Below are positions 16,606-24,628 of a stretch of DNA of 44,607 nucleotides, in pieces. The stretch is from Burkholderiales bacterium (GTDB taxonomy: Bacteria > Pseudomonadota > Gammaproteobacteria > Burkholderiales > SG8-39): NCBI GenBank assembly GCA_036390555.1, contig DASWBP010000031.1:1-44607 (forward strand). Reading direction: 5' to 3'. Position numbers and translations under genes: made by a program. Position 1 is the first letter of the stretch. The number at the start of each line of letters is the position of its first letter. A model generated the notes under the pieces. That model did not search any database. It had not been told where the DNA came from and saw nothing but the letters and a program-made list of their open reading frames with translations.

Positions 16606-17709
16606 ATGCTGCCCGAACCCGAGCCCGAGGCGTGCGCGGCGAGCGCGCGGCTCACCGAGCGCATTCGCGCGGAAATCGCGGCGGGGGGCAACTGGATCGG
16701 CTTCGCGCGCTACATGGAGATGGCGCTTTACGAGCCGGACCTGGGGTACTACGCGGGCGGCGCGGCGAAGCTGGGCGCGCCGGGGGACTTCGCCACCGCG
16801 CCCGAGCTCGGCGCGCTCTTCGCCGCCACCCTTGCGCGGCAGGTCGCGGAGCTGCTCGAGCCGGGCGAGGCGATCCTCGAATTTGGCGCCGGCAGCGGCG
16901 CGCTCGCCCAGGCGCTGATCGCCGAGCTCGCGCCCGAGCATTACCTCATCCTCGAGACGAGCGCCGAGCTGCGCGCGCGGCAGCAGGCGCGCCTTGGCGC
17001 GCGAGCGCGCTGGCTCGAGCGCCTGCCGGAGAACTTCCGCGGCGTGATGCTGGCCAACGAAGTGGCGGACGCCATGCCGGTGCACGCGGTGGCGTGGCGT
17101 GCGCAGGGCGTGATGGAGCGCGGCGTCGCCGACCACGACGGCAGGCTTGGCTGGGCCGAGCGGCCCGCCGCCGGCGAGCTCCTTGCCACAGCGCGCGCGC
17201 TCGCGGTGCCGGTGCCCTACGAGAGCGAAATCGGGCTCGTGGCGCGAGCGTGGCTGAAGCTGGTCGCCGCGCGTCTGGCGCGCGGCGCCTTGCTCGTCGT
17301 CGACTACGGCTTTCCGCGGCGCGAGTATTACCACCCGCAGCGCGCCATGGGCACGCTCATGTGCCACTACCGCCACCGCGCGCACGGCGACCCGTTCTTC
17401 TACCCTGGGCTGCAGGACATCACCGCGCATGTGGACTTCAGCGCGCTCGCGCAGGCGGCGCGCGAGGGCGGACTCGAAGTGCTCGGCTACGCCAACCAGG
17501 CGCAGTTTCTCGTCAATTGCGGCATCACCGAGATCCTGGAGCGCGGAGGTGTCGCGGACGCGGCGCGCTACGCCCCACGAGCTTCCGAAGCGCAAAAGCT
17601 GCTCTCGCCGGCAGAGATGGGCGAGTTCTTCAAGGTGCTCGCGGTGGGACGGGGCGTGTCCCGGGCGCTCTGCGGCTTTGCGCAGGGCGACCGCAGCCAC
17701 ACGCTCTAG
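16606..17709 (+). CDS. SAM-dependent methyltransferase, MidA/NDUFAF7 (DUF185) family
   Basis: 367 aa. FARYMEMALYEPDLGYY, GDFATAPE, and the SAM motif ILEFGAGSG. Full-length family pattern. Confidence 0.85.
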   Translation: MLPEPEPEACAASARLTERIRAEIAAGGNWIGFARYMEMALYEPDLGYYAGGAAKLGAPGDFATAPELGALFAATLARQVAELLEPGEAILEFGAGSGALAQALIAELAPEHYLILETSAELRARQQARLGARARWLERLPENFRGVMLANEVADAMPVHAVAWRAQGVMERGVADHDGRLGWAERPAAGELLATARALAVPVPYESEIGLVARAWLKLVAARLARGALLVVDYGFPRREYYHPQRAMGTLMCHYRHRAHGDPFFYPGLQDITAHVDFSALAQAAREGGLEVLGYANQAQFLVNCGITEILERGGVADAARYAPRASEAQKLLSPAEMGEFFKVLAVGRGVSRALCGFAQGDRSHTL

Positions 17710-17711
17710 AA

Positions 17712-17764
17712 TTGGGGTCAGACCCCAATTTCCCTTGCGAGCCGAAATTGGGGTCTGACCCCAA
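17712..17764. repeat. REP-like intercistronic palindromic element, copy 2 (perfect 20-bp arms)
   Basis: TTGGGGTCAGACCCCAATTT (17712..17731) / 13-nt loop CCCTTGCGAGCCG / AAATTGGGGTCTGACCCCAA (17745..17764). It begins 3 nt after the TAG at 17707..17709 and ends 4 nt before ATG 17769. Confidence 0.85.
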
Positions 17765-17768
17765 CTCC

Positions 17769-18410
17769 ATGCGCCTGATCGCCCTCCTCCTCCTCCTGCT
17801 GCCAGCGCTTGCGGCGGCGGATGAGATCGCGGAGGCCAGGAGGCGCTGGGCGGAAAGCCCGCACGGGCCGATGCTCGAGCGCATCCTGCCGCCGACCTTC
17901 GAGGCGCGGCAGCTGCCCGAGCCCGGCTCGAGCGGCGCGCGCCTCGTGCGGCAGTACTGCGTGCAGTGCCATAACCTGCCCAACCCGGCGATGCACGACG
18001 CGGCCAAGTGGCCCGGCATCGTCGAGCGCATGGTGCCGCGCATGCAAGGCAAGGGGAACATGGGAAGCCTCATGTTCGACATGATGGCGGGCGTCAGGGC
18101 GCCGAGCCCCGAGGAAGTGAAGAACATCATCGCCTACCTGCGCCGGCACGCGCAGAAACCCCTCGACCCGAAGAAGATCCCCGAGGCCTTCACGCGCGCC
18201 GGCGAGCCGTTTCGCCTCGCGTGCAACCAGTGCCACGCGCTGCCCGATCCGCAGCGCTACACCGCGAAAGAGTGGCCGGCGGTGGTCGCGCGCATGCAGG
18301 AGAACATGGAGTGGATGAACCGCGTGGTCGGCACGCAGCCGGTCCCCGGCGAGCCGCAGCTCAGGATCGACGCGATCAACGCCTTTCTCGCAAAGTACGC
18401 GAGAAAGTAG
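17769..18410 (+). CDS. Periplasmic diheme c-type cytochrome (internally duplicated)
   Basis: 213 aa. Signal peptide MRLIALLLLLLPALAAA. Two CxxCH motifs: CVQCH (17958..17972) and CNQCH (18222..18236). Each is followed by the repeated pattern LP.P....A.EWP..V.RM. Confidence 0.8.
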   Translation: MRLIALLLLLLPALAAADEIAEARRRWAESPHGPMLERILPPTFEARQLPEPGSSGARLVRQYCVQCHNLPNPAMHDAAKWPGIVERMVPRMQGKGNMGSLMFDMMAGVRAPSPEEVKNIIAYLRRHAQKPLDPKKIPEAFTRAGEPFRLACNQCHALPDPQRYTAKEWPAVVARMQENMEWMNRVVGTQPVPGEPQLRIDAINAFLAKYARK

Positions 18411-19040
18411 CTAGGGCTGGGGTGGGGTGGGGACGACCATGCCGCGGGCGACGGCAGGGCGCGCCGTGATGGCGTCGAACCAGCGCTTCACTGCGGGAAA
18501 GTCCGCAAGCTCCACCTTGTGCCAGCCGTGGCGCGCCACCCAGGGGTAGGTCGCCATGTCGGCGATCGTGTACTCCGCGCCCGCGAGGTACGCAGCCTCC
18601 GAGAGCCGTGTCTGCATCACGCCGTACAGCCGCCGGGTTTCGTCGCTGTAGCGCTTGATGCCGTAGGGCACCTGCTCCCTGGCGTTGCGGATGAAGTGGT
18701 GCGCCTGGCCGAACATCGGGCCGACGTTGCCCATCTGGAACATGAGCCACTGCAGGGTGATGATGCGCGCCCGGGGATCGTGCGGCAGGAAGCGGTCCAC
18801 CTTCTCCGCGAGGTAGATGAGGATCGCACCCGACTCGAAGAGCTTGAGCGGACCGCCCGGCCCGTCGGGGTCCACGATCGCCGGGATGCGGTTGTTGGGA
18901 TTGATGGCGAGGAACTCGGGCGTGAACTGCTCGCCCTGGTTGATGTTCACCGGGTGCACGCGGTACGGCAGCCCGCACTCCTCCAGCATGATCGAGATCT
19001 TGCGTCCGTTGGGCGTGCCCCAGGTGTAGAGGTCGATCAT
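18411..19040 (-). CDS. yfcG: Nu-class glutathione S-transferase / disulfide reductase, YfcG-like
   Basis: 209 aa. MIDLY..TPNG.KI...LEE..L.Y, ISPNN-like INPNNRIPAIVD and LFESGAIL.YLAEK match remembered E. coli YfcG along its whole length. Confidence 0.8.
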   Translation of the reverse strand: MIDLYTWGTPNGRKISIMLEECGLPYRVHPVNINQGEQFTPEFLAINPNNRIPAIVDPDGPGGPLKLFESGAILIYLAEKVDRFLPHDPRARIITLQWLMFQMGNVGPMFGQAHHFIRNAREQVPYGIKRYSDETRRLYGVMQTRLSEAAYLAGAEYTIADMATYPWVARHGWHKVELADFPAVKRWFDAITARPAVARGMVVPTPPQP

Positions 19041-19094
19041 GCGCGGTCTTCTCGGTGGCGGGGAAGAGCGCGCGAGTTTATCCTCTCGGCGCGC

Positions 19095-19289
19095 ATGATC
19101 AAGTGGCTGCTCACCATCCTGATCGCCCTCGCCGTGCTGGCGCTCGCCACGCCCTGGCTCGAGCGCATGGGCGTGGGACGCCTCCCCGGCGACCTGAAGT
19201 TCACTGCGCGCGGCCGCGTGTATTTCCTGCCGATCGCGAGCACGCTCCTCTTCTGCGCGCTCGCCTGGCTGATCGGCAGGCTGATATAG
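19095..19289 (+). CDS. DUF2905 small membrane protein
   Basis: 64 aa: MIKWLLTILIALAVLALATPWLERMGVGRLPGDLKFTARGRVYFLPIASTLLFCALAWLIGRLI. The GRLPGD motif between two TM helices is typical of DUF2905. Confidence 0.6.
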   Translation: MIKWLLTILIALAVLALATPWLERMGVGRLPGDLKFTARGRVYFLPIASTLLFCALAWLIGRLI

Positions 19290-19316
19290 GCGCGCGCTTC
19301 CAGCGCGGCAGCGGCG

Positions 19317-20372
19317 CTAGCGGAGCGCGGCCGCAATTGCCGCGAGGCGCGCGGCATCCACGCGTGCGGCAATGTCCTGCGGGAACTGCTGCGCGATCGC
19401 ACCCGCGTCCACCTGCGCGGCCGCGTCCAGCGCCTTGCCGATCCAGGAGAGGTCGAGCGCCGGCTGCGCGAGGCGCGCCGCCTCGAGCAGCTGCACGAAG
19501 CGCTCGCGGCGCCGGATCGCATCGCCGCGCTTGAGGAGCTCCAGCAGCTCGGCGGGCGCGCGCGCGACGAGCAACGGCCGGCAGCGCGCCGCAGTCACGG
19601 CGAGGTCGCGCTCCTCGTTGGGCGCGCGCAGGCGCGCCGCAAGCGCTTCGATCGCCGGCGCCTCGAGCCCCCACGCGAGCACCGCAAAGCGCACGGGCGA
19701 GGATGCATTCGCCGCCGCCGCGCGCTCCAACGCGCCGCGGTTGTTCCCCTTCAGCTCCGGCATGACGCGCGCGGTGAGCCCGCAGCGCTCGAGCACCTCC
19801 AGCATGCGCGCCGGGTGCTTCTCCATCAGGCCGCGTGAAAATTCCTGCCAGACGCGCTCGGCAACGAGGTGGTCCGCCTCGCCCAGCTCCACCATGCGGC
19901 GCATCAGCGCCTCGGTTTCCGGCGCGATGCGAAAGCCGAAGCGCGCGACGAACCTGGCCACGCGCAGGATGCGCACCGGGTCTTCCTCGAACGCGGCGCT
20001 GACGTGGCGCAGCACGCCCTCGCGCAGGTCCTTCTCGCCGCCGAAGGGGTCGACAAGCCGCCCCGCCTCGTCGAGCGCCATGGCGTTGATGGTGAGGTCG
20101 CGACGCGCGAGATCGTCCTCGAGCGTCACGTCGGGCGCGGCGTATACGGTAAAGCCCTTGTAGCCGCGCCCGCTCTTTCGCTCGGTCCTGGCGAGCGCGT
20201 ATTCCTCGTGCGTCTCGGGGTGCAGGAACACCGGGAAGTCCTTGCCGACCGGGCGAAAGCCCAGTTGCGCCATGTCCTCGGGCGTCGCGCCCACCACCAC
20301 AAAGTCACGGTCGGCGACGGGCAGGCCGAGCAGCTTGTCCCGCACGGCGCCGCCGACGACGTAGGTCTTCAC
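19317..20372 (-). CDS. cca: CCA-adding tRNA nucleotidyltransferase (short form, HD-domain signature not visible)
   Basis: 351 aa. GGAVRD...[24 protein letters not shown] and [10 protein letters not shown] are near-identical to the E. coli Cca head domain. The C-terminal part is shorter than in the 412-aa E. coli enzyme. Confidence 0.9.
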   Translation of the reverse strand: MKTYVVGGAVRDKLLGLPVADRDFVVVGATPEDMAQLGFRPVGKDFPVFLHPETHEEYALARTERKSGRGYKGFTVYAAPDVTLEDDLARRDLTINAMALDEAGRLVDPFGGEKDLREGVLRHVSAAFEEDPVRILRVARFVARFGFRIAPETEALMRRMVELGEADHLVAERVWQEFSRGLMEKHPARMLEVLERCGLTARVMPELKGNNRGALERAAAANASSPVRFAVLAWGLEAPAIEALAARLRAPNEERDLAVTAARCRPLLVARAPAELLELLKRGDAIRRRERFVQLLEAARLAQPALDLSWIGKALDAAAQVDAGAIAQQFPQDIAARVDAARLAAIAAALR

Positions 20373-20381
20373 GCCTGAAGG

Positions 20382-21008
20382 CTAGACGTACTGATCGAAC
20401 TGCGGCAGCGACTCCGTCTCGCGCTCGGCGTCGCGTATCCAGTCCTGCATCGCCGGCAGCGCGAGCATGCGGTCCGCATACGCGCGGCACACGGGCGGCA
20501 GCTCCACCTCGTAGGTGCGAAAGCGCAGCACCACGGGCGCGTACATGGCGTCCGCGCCGCAGAACCCGCCGAACAGGAACGGGCCACGGCACTCGCTCCA
20601 GATCTCGACGATGCGCTTCACGTCGGCGAGCGATTCGGGCGTGCGGCCCTTGCCCGGGTGCCGGCGCCGGACGTTCATGCTCATGTGCTGGCGCAGGTTC
20701 TGGAAGCCCGAGTGCATCTCCGCCGAGATCGAGCGCGCACGCGCGCGCAATGCCGCGTCCGCGGGCCAGATGCGCGGCTCGCGCTCGGCAAGGGTTTCGA
20801 GGATGGCGAGCGAATCCCACACGTGCAGGTCGCCGTCCACCAGCACCGGCACCTTGCCGGCGGGCGAGTGCTTGAGGATCTCGGCCTTGGATTTCTCGCC
20901 GTAGAGCGGAATGCGCTGTTCCTGGAAAGGAATGCCGAGCACCTTCATCGCCAGCCACGGCCGCAGCGACCAGGATGAGTAGTTCTTGTTGCCGACGACC
21001 AGCAGCAC
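20382..21008 (-). CDS. Glutathione S-transferase family protein
   Basis: 208 aa. Thioredoxin-like N-terminus (NKNYSSWSLRPW...GKVPVL.DG...WDSLAI.E.L) and a helical GST C-terminal domain. Confidence 0.8.
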   Translation of the reverse strand: MLLVVGNKNYSSWSLRPWLAMKVLGIPFQEQRIPLYGEKSKAEILKHSPAGKVPVLVDGDLHVWDSLAILETLAEREPRIWPADAALRARARSISAEMHSGFQNLRQHMSMNVRRRHPGKGRTPESLADVKRIVEIWSECRGPFLFGGFCGADAMYAPVVLRFRTYEVELPPVCRAYADRMLALPAMQDWIRDAERETESLPQFDQYV

Positions 21009-21021
21009 CGGCCGGGCTCTT

Positions 21022-21993
21022 TCAGCGCCTCGCGTGCGTGCGCAGCGCGGGGAATCGCTCGCGCGACCGCACCGGCGCGAGCCACGCCGGGGCGAGCGCC
21101 TCGAGCGCCGCGGGCTCGATGCCGAAGGGAAAGGGCGCGGCGCACACGCTCGGCACCTGCATCGAGCGCACGTTGTCGCGCGTCATCAGCTTGACGGGTG
21201 AGAGCTCCAGCATCCGCGCCTGAAGCATGGAAAGCCGCGGGCCGAGGCCGATGACGAGGCGCCGGCGCCCGATGATCGCGCACACGGCCTGCACCAGCTC
21301 GCGCAGGGTGTACTGCCTGGGCCCGCCGAGATCGTAGCGCTTGCCGTGCGAGCCGCGGTCATCGAGCGCCGCGAGGAAAGCGCGCGCCACGTCGCCCACG
21401 TACACCGGCTGAAAGCGCGCGTCCGGACAGGCGAGGACGATGACCGGCATCAGGCGCGCGAGCGTCGCGAACAGGTTGAGGAACGAATCTTCCGGCCCGA
21501 AGATCACCGAGGGCCGGAACACGGTCACGGCGATGTCCTCGGCGGCGAGCGCCACGCCCTCGCCGATGCCCTTGGAGCGCAGGTACTCGGAGGGGCCCTG
21601 CGGGTCCGCGCCAAGCGCGCTCATGTGCAGCAGACGCTTCACGCCCCCGGCGTGACAGGCGTTCACCACCGCCTGCGCGAGCTCGACGTGCGCACGCGCG
21701 AAATCCGGGCCGTAGTCGTTCGGGCCGCGCTCGTCGCGCCGCCCGCGGCGGCTGTGCAGCACGCCGACGAGGTTCACCACCACGTCGCGACCTGCGGCAA
21801 GCTGCGCGAGCACGCCCGGCTGCGCGACGTCGGCCTCGACCACCTCGACGGTGGGCAGGGGCAGCAGGTGCTTGGCGCGCTCGCGCCGGCGCGTGGGCAC
21901 TGTGACGCGCGCACCGCGCGCGGCGAGCGCCGATACCAGGTGCCGGCCTACAAAACCGGCGCCGCCCACCACCAGGACGTCTTGCGCGCGCAT
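21022..21993 (-). CDS. NAD(P)H-binding NmrA/epimerase-like protein, complex I NDUFA9-subunit family
   Basis: ATG 21993..21991 overlaps the slt TGA by 1 nt (TGATG). 323 aa. Rossmann motif VVGGAGFVGRHL, plus YLRSKG and the family-typical VFRPSVIFGPED. Confidence 0.8.
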   Translation of the reverse strand: MRAQDVLVVGGAGFVGRHLVSALAARGARVTVPTRRRERAKHLLPLPTVEVVEADVAQPGVLAQLAAGRDVVVNLVGVLHSRRGRRDERGPNDYGPDFARAHVELAQAVVNACHAGGVKRLLHMSALGADPQGPSEYLRSKGIGEGVALAAEDIAVTVFRPSVIFGPEDSFLNLFATLARLMPVIVLACPDARFQPVYVGDVARAFLAALDDRGSHGKRYDLGGPRQYTLRELVQAVCAIIGRRRLVIGLGPRLSMLQARMLELSPVKLMTRDNVRSMQVPSVCAAPFPFGIEPAALEALAPAWLAPVRSRERFPALRTHARR

Positions 21994-23927
21994 CAGGGCA
22001 GTTCCAGGAGCGTGGCGTCGACACCGTTCTGCCGGCCGGGCACCTGCCCCATGCGCTGCTTGAGCGAGGTGCTGCGGCCCTCGAGGATCAGCGCGTAGTA
22101 CAGGGAGTTCGCCATGACGCTTCTCACGTAATCGCGCGTCTCGTTGAACGGGATGGTCTCGATGAACACTGCGGCCTCCATCGGCTTCGGCGGGATCCAG
22201 CGCCGCGCGCGCGTGGGTCCGGCATTGTAGGCCGCCAGCGCGAGCACCGGGTGGCCGGTGCCGTCGAGCACCAGCTTGAGGTAGCGCGAGCCGAGCGCGA
22301 TGTTGGTCTCCACGTCGGCCACTCGCTTGGCGTTGTAGCCGCGGTAGCCGGTCTTCTGCGCCACCCAGCGCGCAGTGTGCGGCAGGAGCTGCATCAGCCC
22401 CGCCGCGCCCGAGCCGGAGCGCGCATCCACGATGAAGCGGCTCTCCTGGCGCACCACGCCGAGCACCCAGGCTTCCTCGAGGTCGAAGGCGCCGGCATAG
22501 GTGGAGAACACTTCGCGGAACGGCGCAAGGTAGCGCATGCGGTAATCGTGGAACTGCTCGGTGCGGATGGCCGTGCCGATGGCGCGGTCGTAGACGGCGG
22601 CGCGCCGCGCGAGCTCCGCCGCGGCGAGCAGCTCCCGGTCCTGCATGCCGCGCACCGCGAACATCCATTCCTTCGTGGCCTCCGGCCGCAGCCCGAGGCG
22701 GAACATCTCCAGCGCGCGCGCGAGCTCCGGATTGCGGCGCGCGGCATCCACCTCGTCTTCGGTCGCCGCGTGGAACGGCAGCGGAATGCTCGCCTGCGCG
22801 CCGAGTTCCTCGGTGGCGAGGATGCTGTAGTAGAAGGCCCGCCCCGCGATGCGCTGGTAGTAGGCGCGCGCGTGTTCCGCATCGCCCTGCGCAGCGAGCG
22901 CGCGGCCATACCAGTAGGTCCAGGCGGGGTCCTGGCGCGCGAGCATGGACATCGGCTCGATGGCGTCGCGCACCGCCTGCCACTGGCCGGCGCGCAGCGC
23001 CGCGCGCGCCTTCCAGGCGAGCTGCTCGTCGGTGAGCGGCGTCTTGCCCGCGCGCGCGAACCAGTCGAGCGCTTCGGGCAGATGGTCCTGCGCTGCCCAG
23101 GCGGCGATGCGCGCCCAAAGCAGCTCGCGGTCCTCCGCCGGCAGCTTCTCGCCGAGCGCTCCCTCCAGCGCGGCGGCGGCGGCGCGCGCGTCGTTACGCG
23201 CAAGCCGCGACGCGGCAAACAACATCACTTCGCGCGCGCCGCGCGGCTCGAGGTTCTTCGGCGGCTGGGCGATGAGCTTTTGCGGCGCCACCGCGGCCTG
23301 CGTCAGCAGGCGCTCGTCGGGTTGCTCCTTCGCCGGCAGGTAGCCTAGCGAGCGCCGCGCCGCGCTCACCTGCCCGTTGGCGAGCAGCAACCGCACGCGC
23401 TGCCACACCGCCTGCTCGCCAAAGGCGCCGGTCTTCAGCAGCTTCTCGGTGAGCGCCACGCAGCCGTCGGGCAGCTCGCGCGGCTCGAGCCACGCCGCGC
23501 GCGCCTCCAGCGCCGCTTCGCCGTCGGCGCGCGCCAGGCGCGCGGACCAGGCATAGCAGCGGATCTCGAGGTCGTCCTGCGCGAGCGGTCCCAGCGCGCG
23601 CTCGAAAGCGAGCCACTCGCCGCGCCGGCCGAGCTCGCGCAGCCAGTCGCTGCGCAGCAGGTCGCCGAGATAGGTGCCGGCGTGCTGCGCGAGGTAGCGC
23701 TGCACGTCCTCGGCTCTTGCGTCCTCGATGCGCAGCCGCAGCAGCCAGTATTGCGCCCAGGGCTCGAGCGTGTGCCCCTTCAATGCGGCGGCATGGCGCG
23801 CGAGCTTGTCCGGATCGCCCGCGCGGAAGGCGGCATGCGCGCCGAGCACGGCGTCGTCCTGTGCGCGCACCGTGGGGGCGAATGCCGCGCAGGCGAGTGC
23901 TATAGTCAGGAAACGCCGAAAAATCAT
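21993..23927 (-). CDS. slt: Soluble lytic murein transglycosylase (Slt70-like)
   Basis: 644 aa. Signal peptide, a long superhelical N-terminal domain, and the C-terminal SLT catalytic motifs VVRQESRF, AAGLMQLLP and AAYNAGP. Confidence 0.9.
   Translation of the reverse strand: MIFRRFLTIALACAAFAPTVRAQDDAVLGAHAAFRAGDPDKLARHAAALKGHTLEPWAQYWLLRLRIEDARAEDVQRYLAQHAGTYLGDLLRSDWLRELGRRGEWLAFERALGPLAQDDLEIRCYAWSARLARADGEAALEARAAWLEPRELPDGCVALTEKLLKTGAFGEQAVWQRVRLLLANGQVSAARRSLGYLPAKEQPDERLLTQAAVAPQKLIAQPPKNLEPRGAREVMLFAASRLARNDARAAAAALEGALGEKLPAEDRELLWARIAAWAAQDHLPEALDWFARAGKTPLTDEQLAWKARAALRAGQWQAVRDAIEPMSMLARQDPAWTYWYGRALAAQGDAEHARAYYQRIAGRAFYYSILATEELGAQASIPLPFHAATEDEVDAARRNPELARALEMFRLGLRPEATKEWMFAVRGMQDRELLAAAELARRAAVYDRAIGTAIRTEQFHDYRMRYLAPFREVFSTYAGAFDLEEAWVLGVVRQESRFIVDARSGSGAAGLMQLLPHTARWVAQKTGYRGYNAKRVADVETNIALGSRYLKLVLDGTGHPVLALAAYNAGPTRARRWIPPKPMEAAVFIETIPFNETRDYVRSVMANSLYYALILEGRSTSLKQRMGQVPGRQNGVDATLLELP
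23898..23906 (+). promoter_or_regulatory. Extended -10 element TGCTATAGT, candidate promoter of the 5-formyl-THF cyclo-ligase gene (inside the slt 5' coding region)
   Basis: TGn + TATAGT at 23898..23906, 43 nt upstream of ATG 23949. AAGGA at 23933..23937 could serve as the SD. Confidence 0.3.
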
Positions 23928-23933
23928 GTACTA

Positions 23934-23942
23934 AGGATAACA
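23934..23942 (-). promoter_or_regulatory. Extended -10-like element TGTTATCCT 6 nt upstream of the slt start codon
   Basis: The minus strand reads TG-T-TATCCT (23942..23934), then TAGTAC, then ATG 23927. No SD precedes the start. Confidence 0.3.
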
Positions 23943-23948
23943 CGCGCG

Positions 23949-24617
23949 ATGCACGTGGAGGAGTTGAAGGCTTGGCGCAAGGCCGAGCGCGCGCGGCTCC
24001 TCGCCGCGCGCGACGCGCTGGCGCCGCAAGTGGTCGATCACTGCCGCCATGCGATCGACAGCCATCTCGAGCGCGGCTTTCCGGGCTTGCGCACGGCGAC
24101 GCTCGCCTTCTGCTGGCCGATCCGCAACGAGTATGACGCGCGCCACCTCGCCAGAACGCTGCGCGAGGCCGGTGCGTTGACCGCCCTGCCGGTGGTGGTG
24201 GCGCCCAAGTCGCCGCTCGTGTTCCGCGAGTGGCATCCCGGAGTGACGCTCGCCAAGGGTCCGCTCGACATTCCCTATCCGGTGGATTCGCGCGCTGTCG
24301 TGCCGCGCGCGGTGCTCCTGCCGATGAACGGCTGGGACGCGCGGGGCTACCGCCTCGGCTACGGCGGCGGCTTCTTCGACCGCACCCTCGCGAGCCTGGG
24401 GGAGAAACCGCTGGTGATCGGCGTGAGCTACGAGATGGCGCGCATGGCGACGATCCATCCGCAGCCTTGGGACGTGCCGATGGATTACGTCGTCACCGAG
24501 CGCGGCGTGTACCGGCGCGACGGCGAGACGCTCGCGTTCCTCGGCGCGCCCGGCCCTACGAGCGCAATGGCCTCGCCGGTGTGCTACGCCGACGAGCGCA
24601 TCGTGCGCGGCGAGTAG
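23949..24617 (+). CDS. 5-formyltetrahydrofolate cyclo-ligase (MTHFS family)
   Basis: 222 aa from ATG 23949. Motifs LPMNGWDARGYRLGYGGGFFDR and PWDVPMDYVVTE match the MTHFS signature. It carries roughly 30 extra C-terminal residues. Confidence 0.8.
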   Translation: MHVEELKAWRKAERARLLAARDALAPQVVDHCRHAIDSHLERGFPGLRTATLAFCWPIRNEYDARHLARTLREAGALTALPVVVAPKSPLVFREWHPGVTLAKGPLDIPYPVDSRAVVPRAVLLPMNGWDARGYRLGYGGGFFDRTLASLGEKPLVIGVSYEMARMATIHPQPWDVPMDYVVTERGVYRRDGETLAFLGAPGPTSAMASPVCYADERIVRGE

Positions 24618-24628
24618 CGCAGGCGGCG

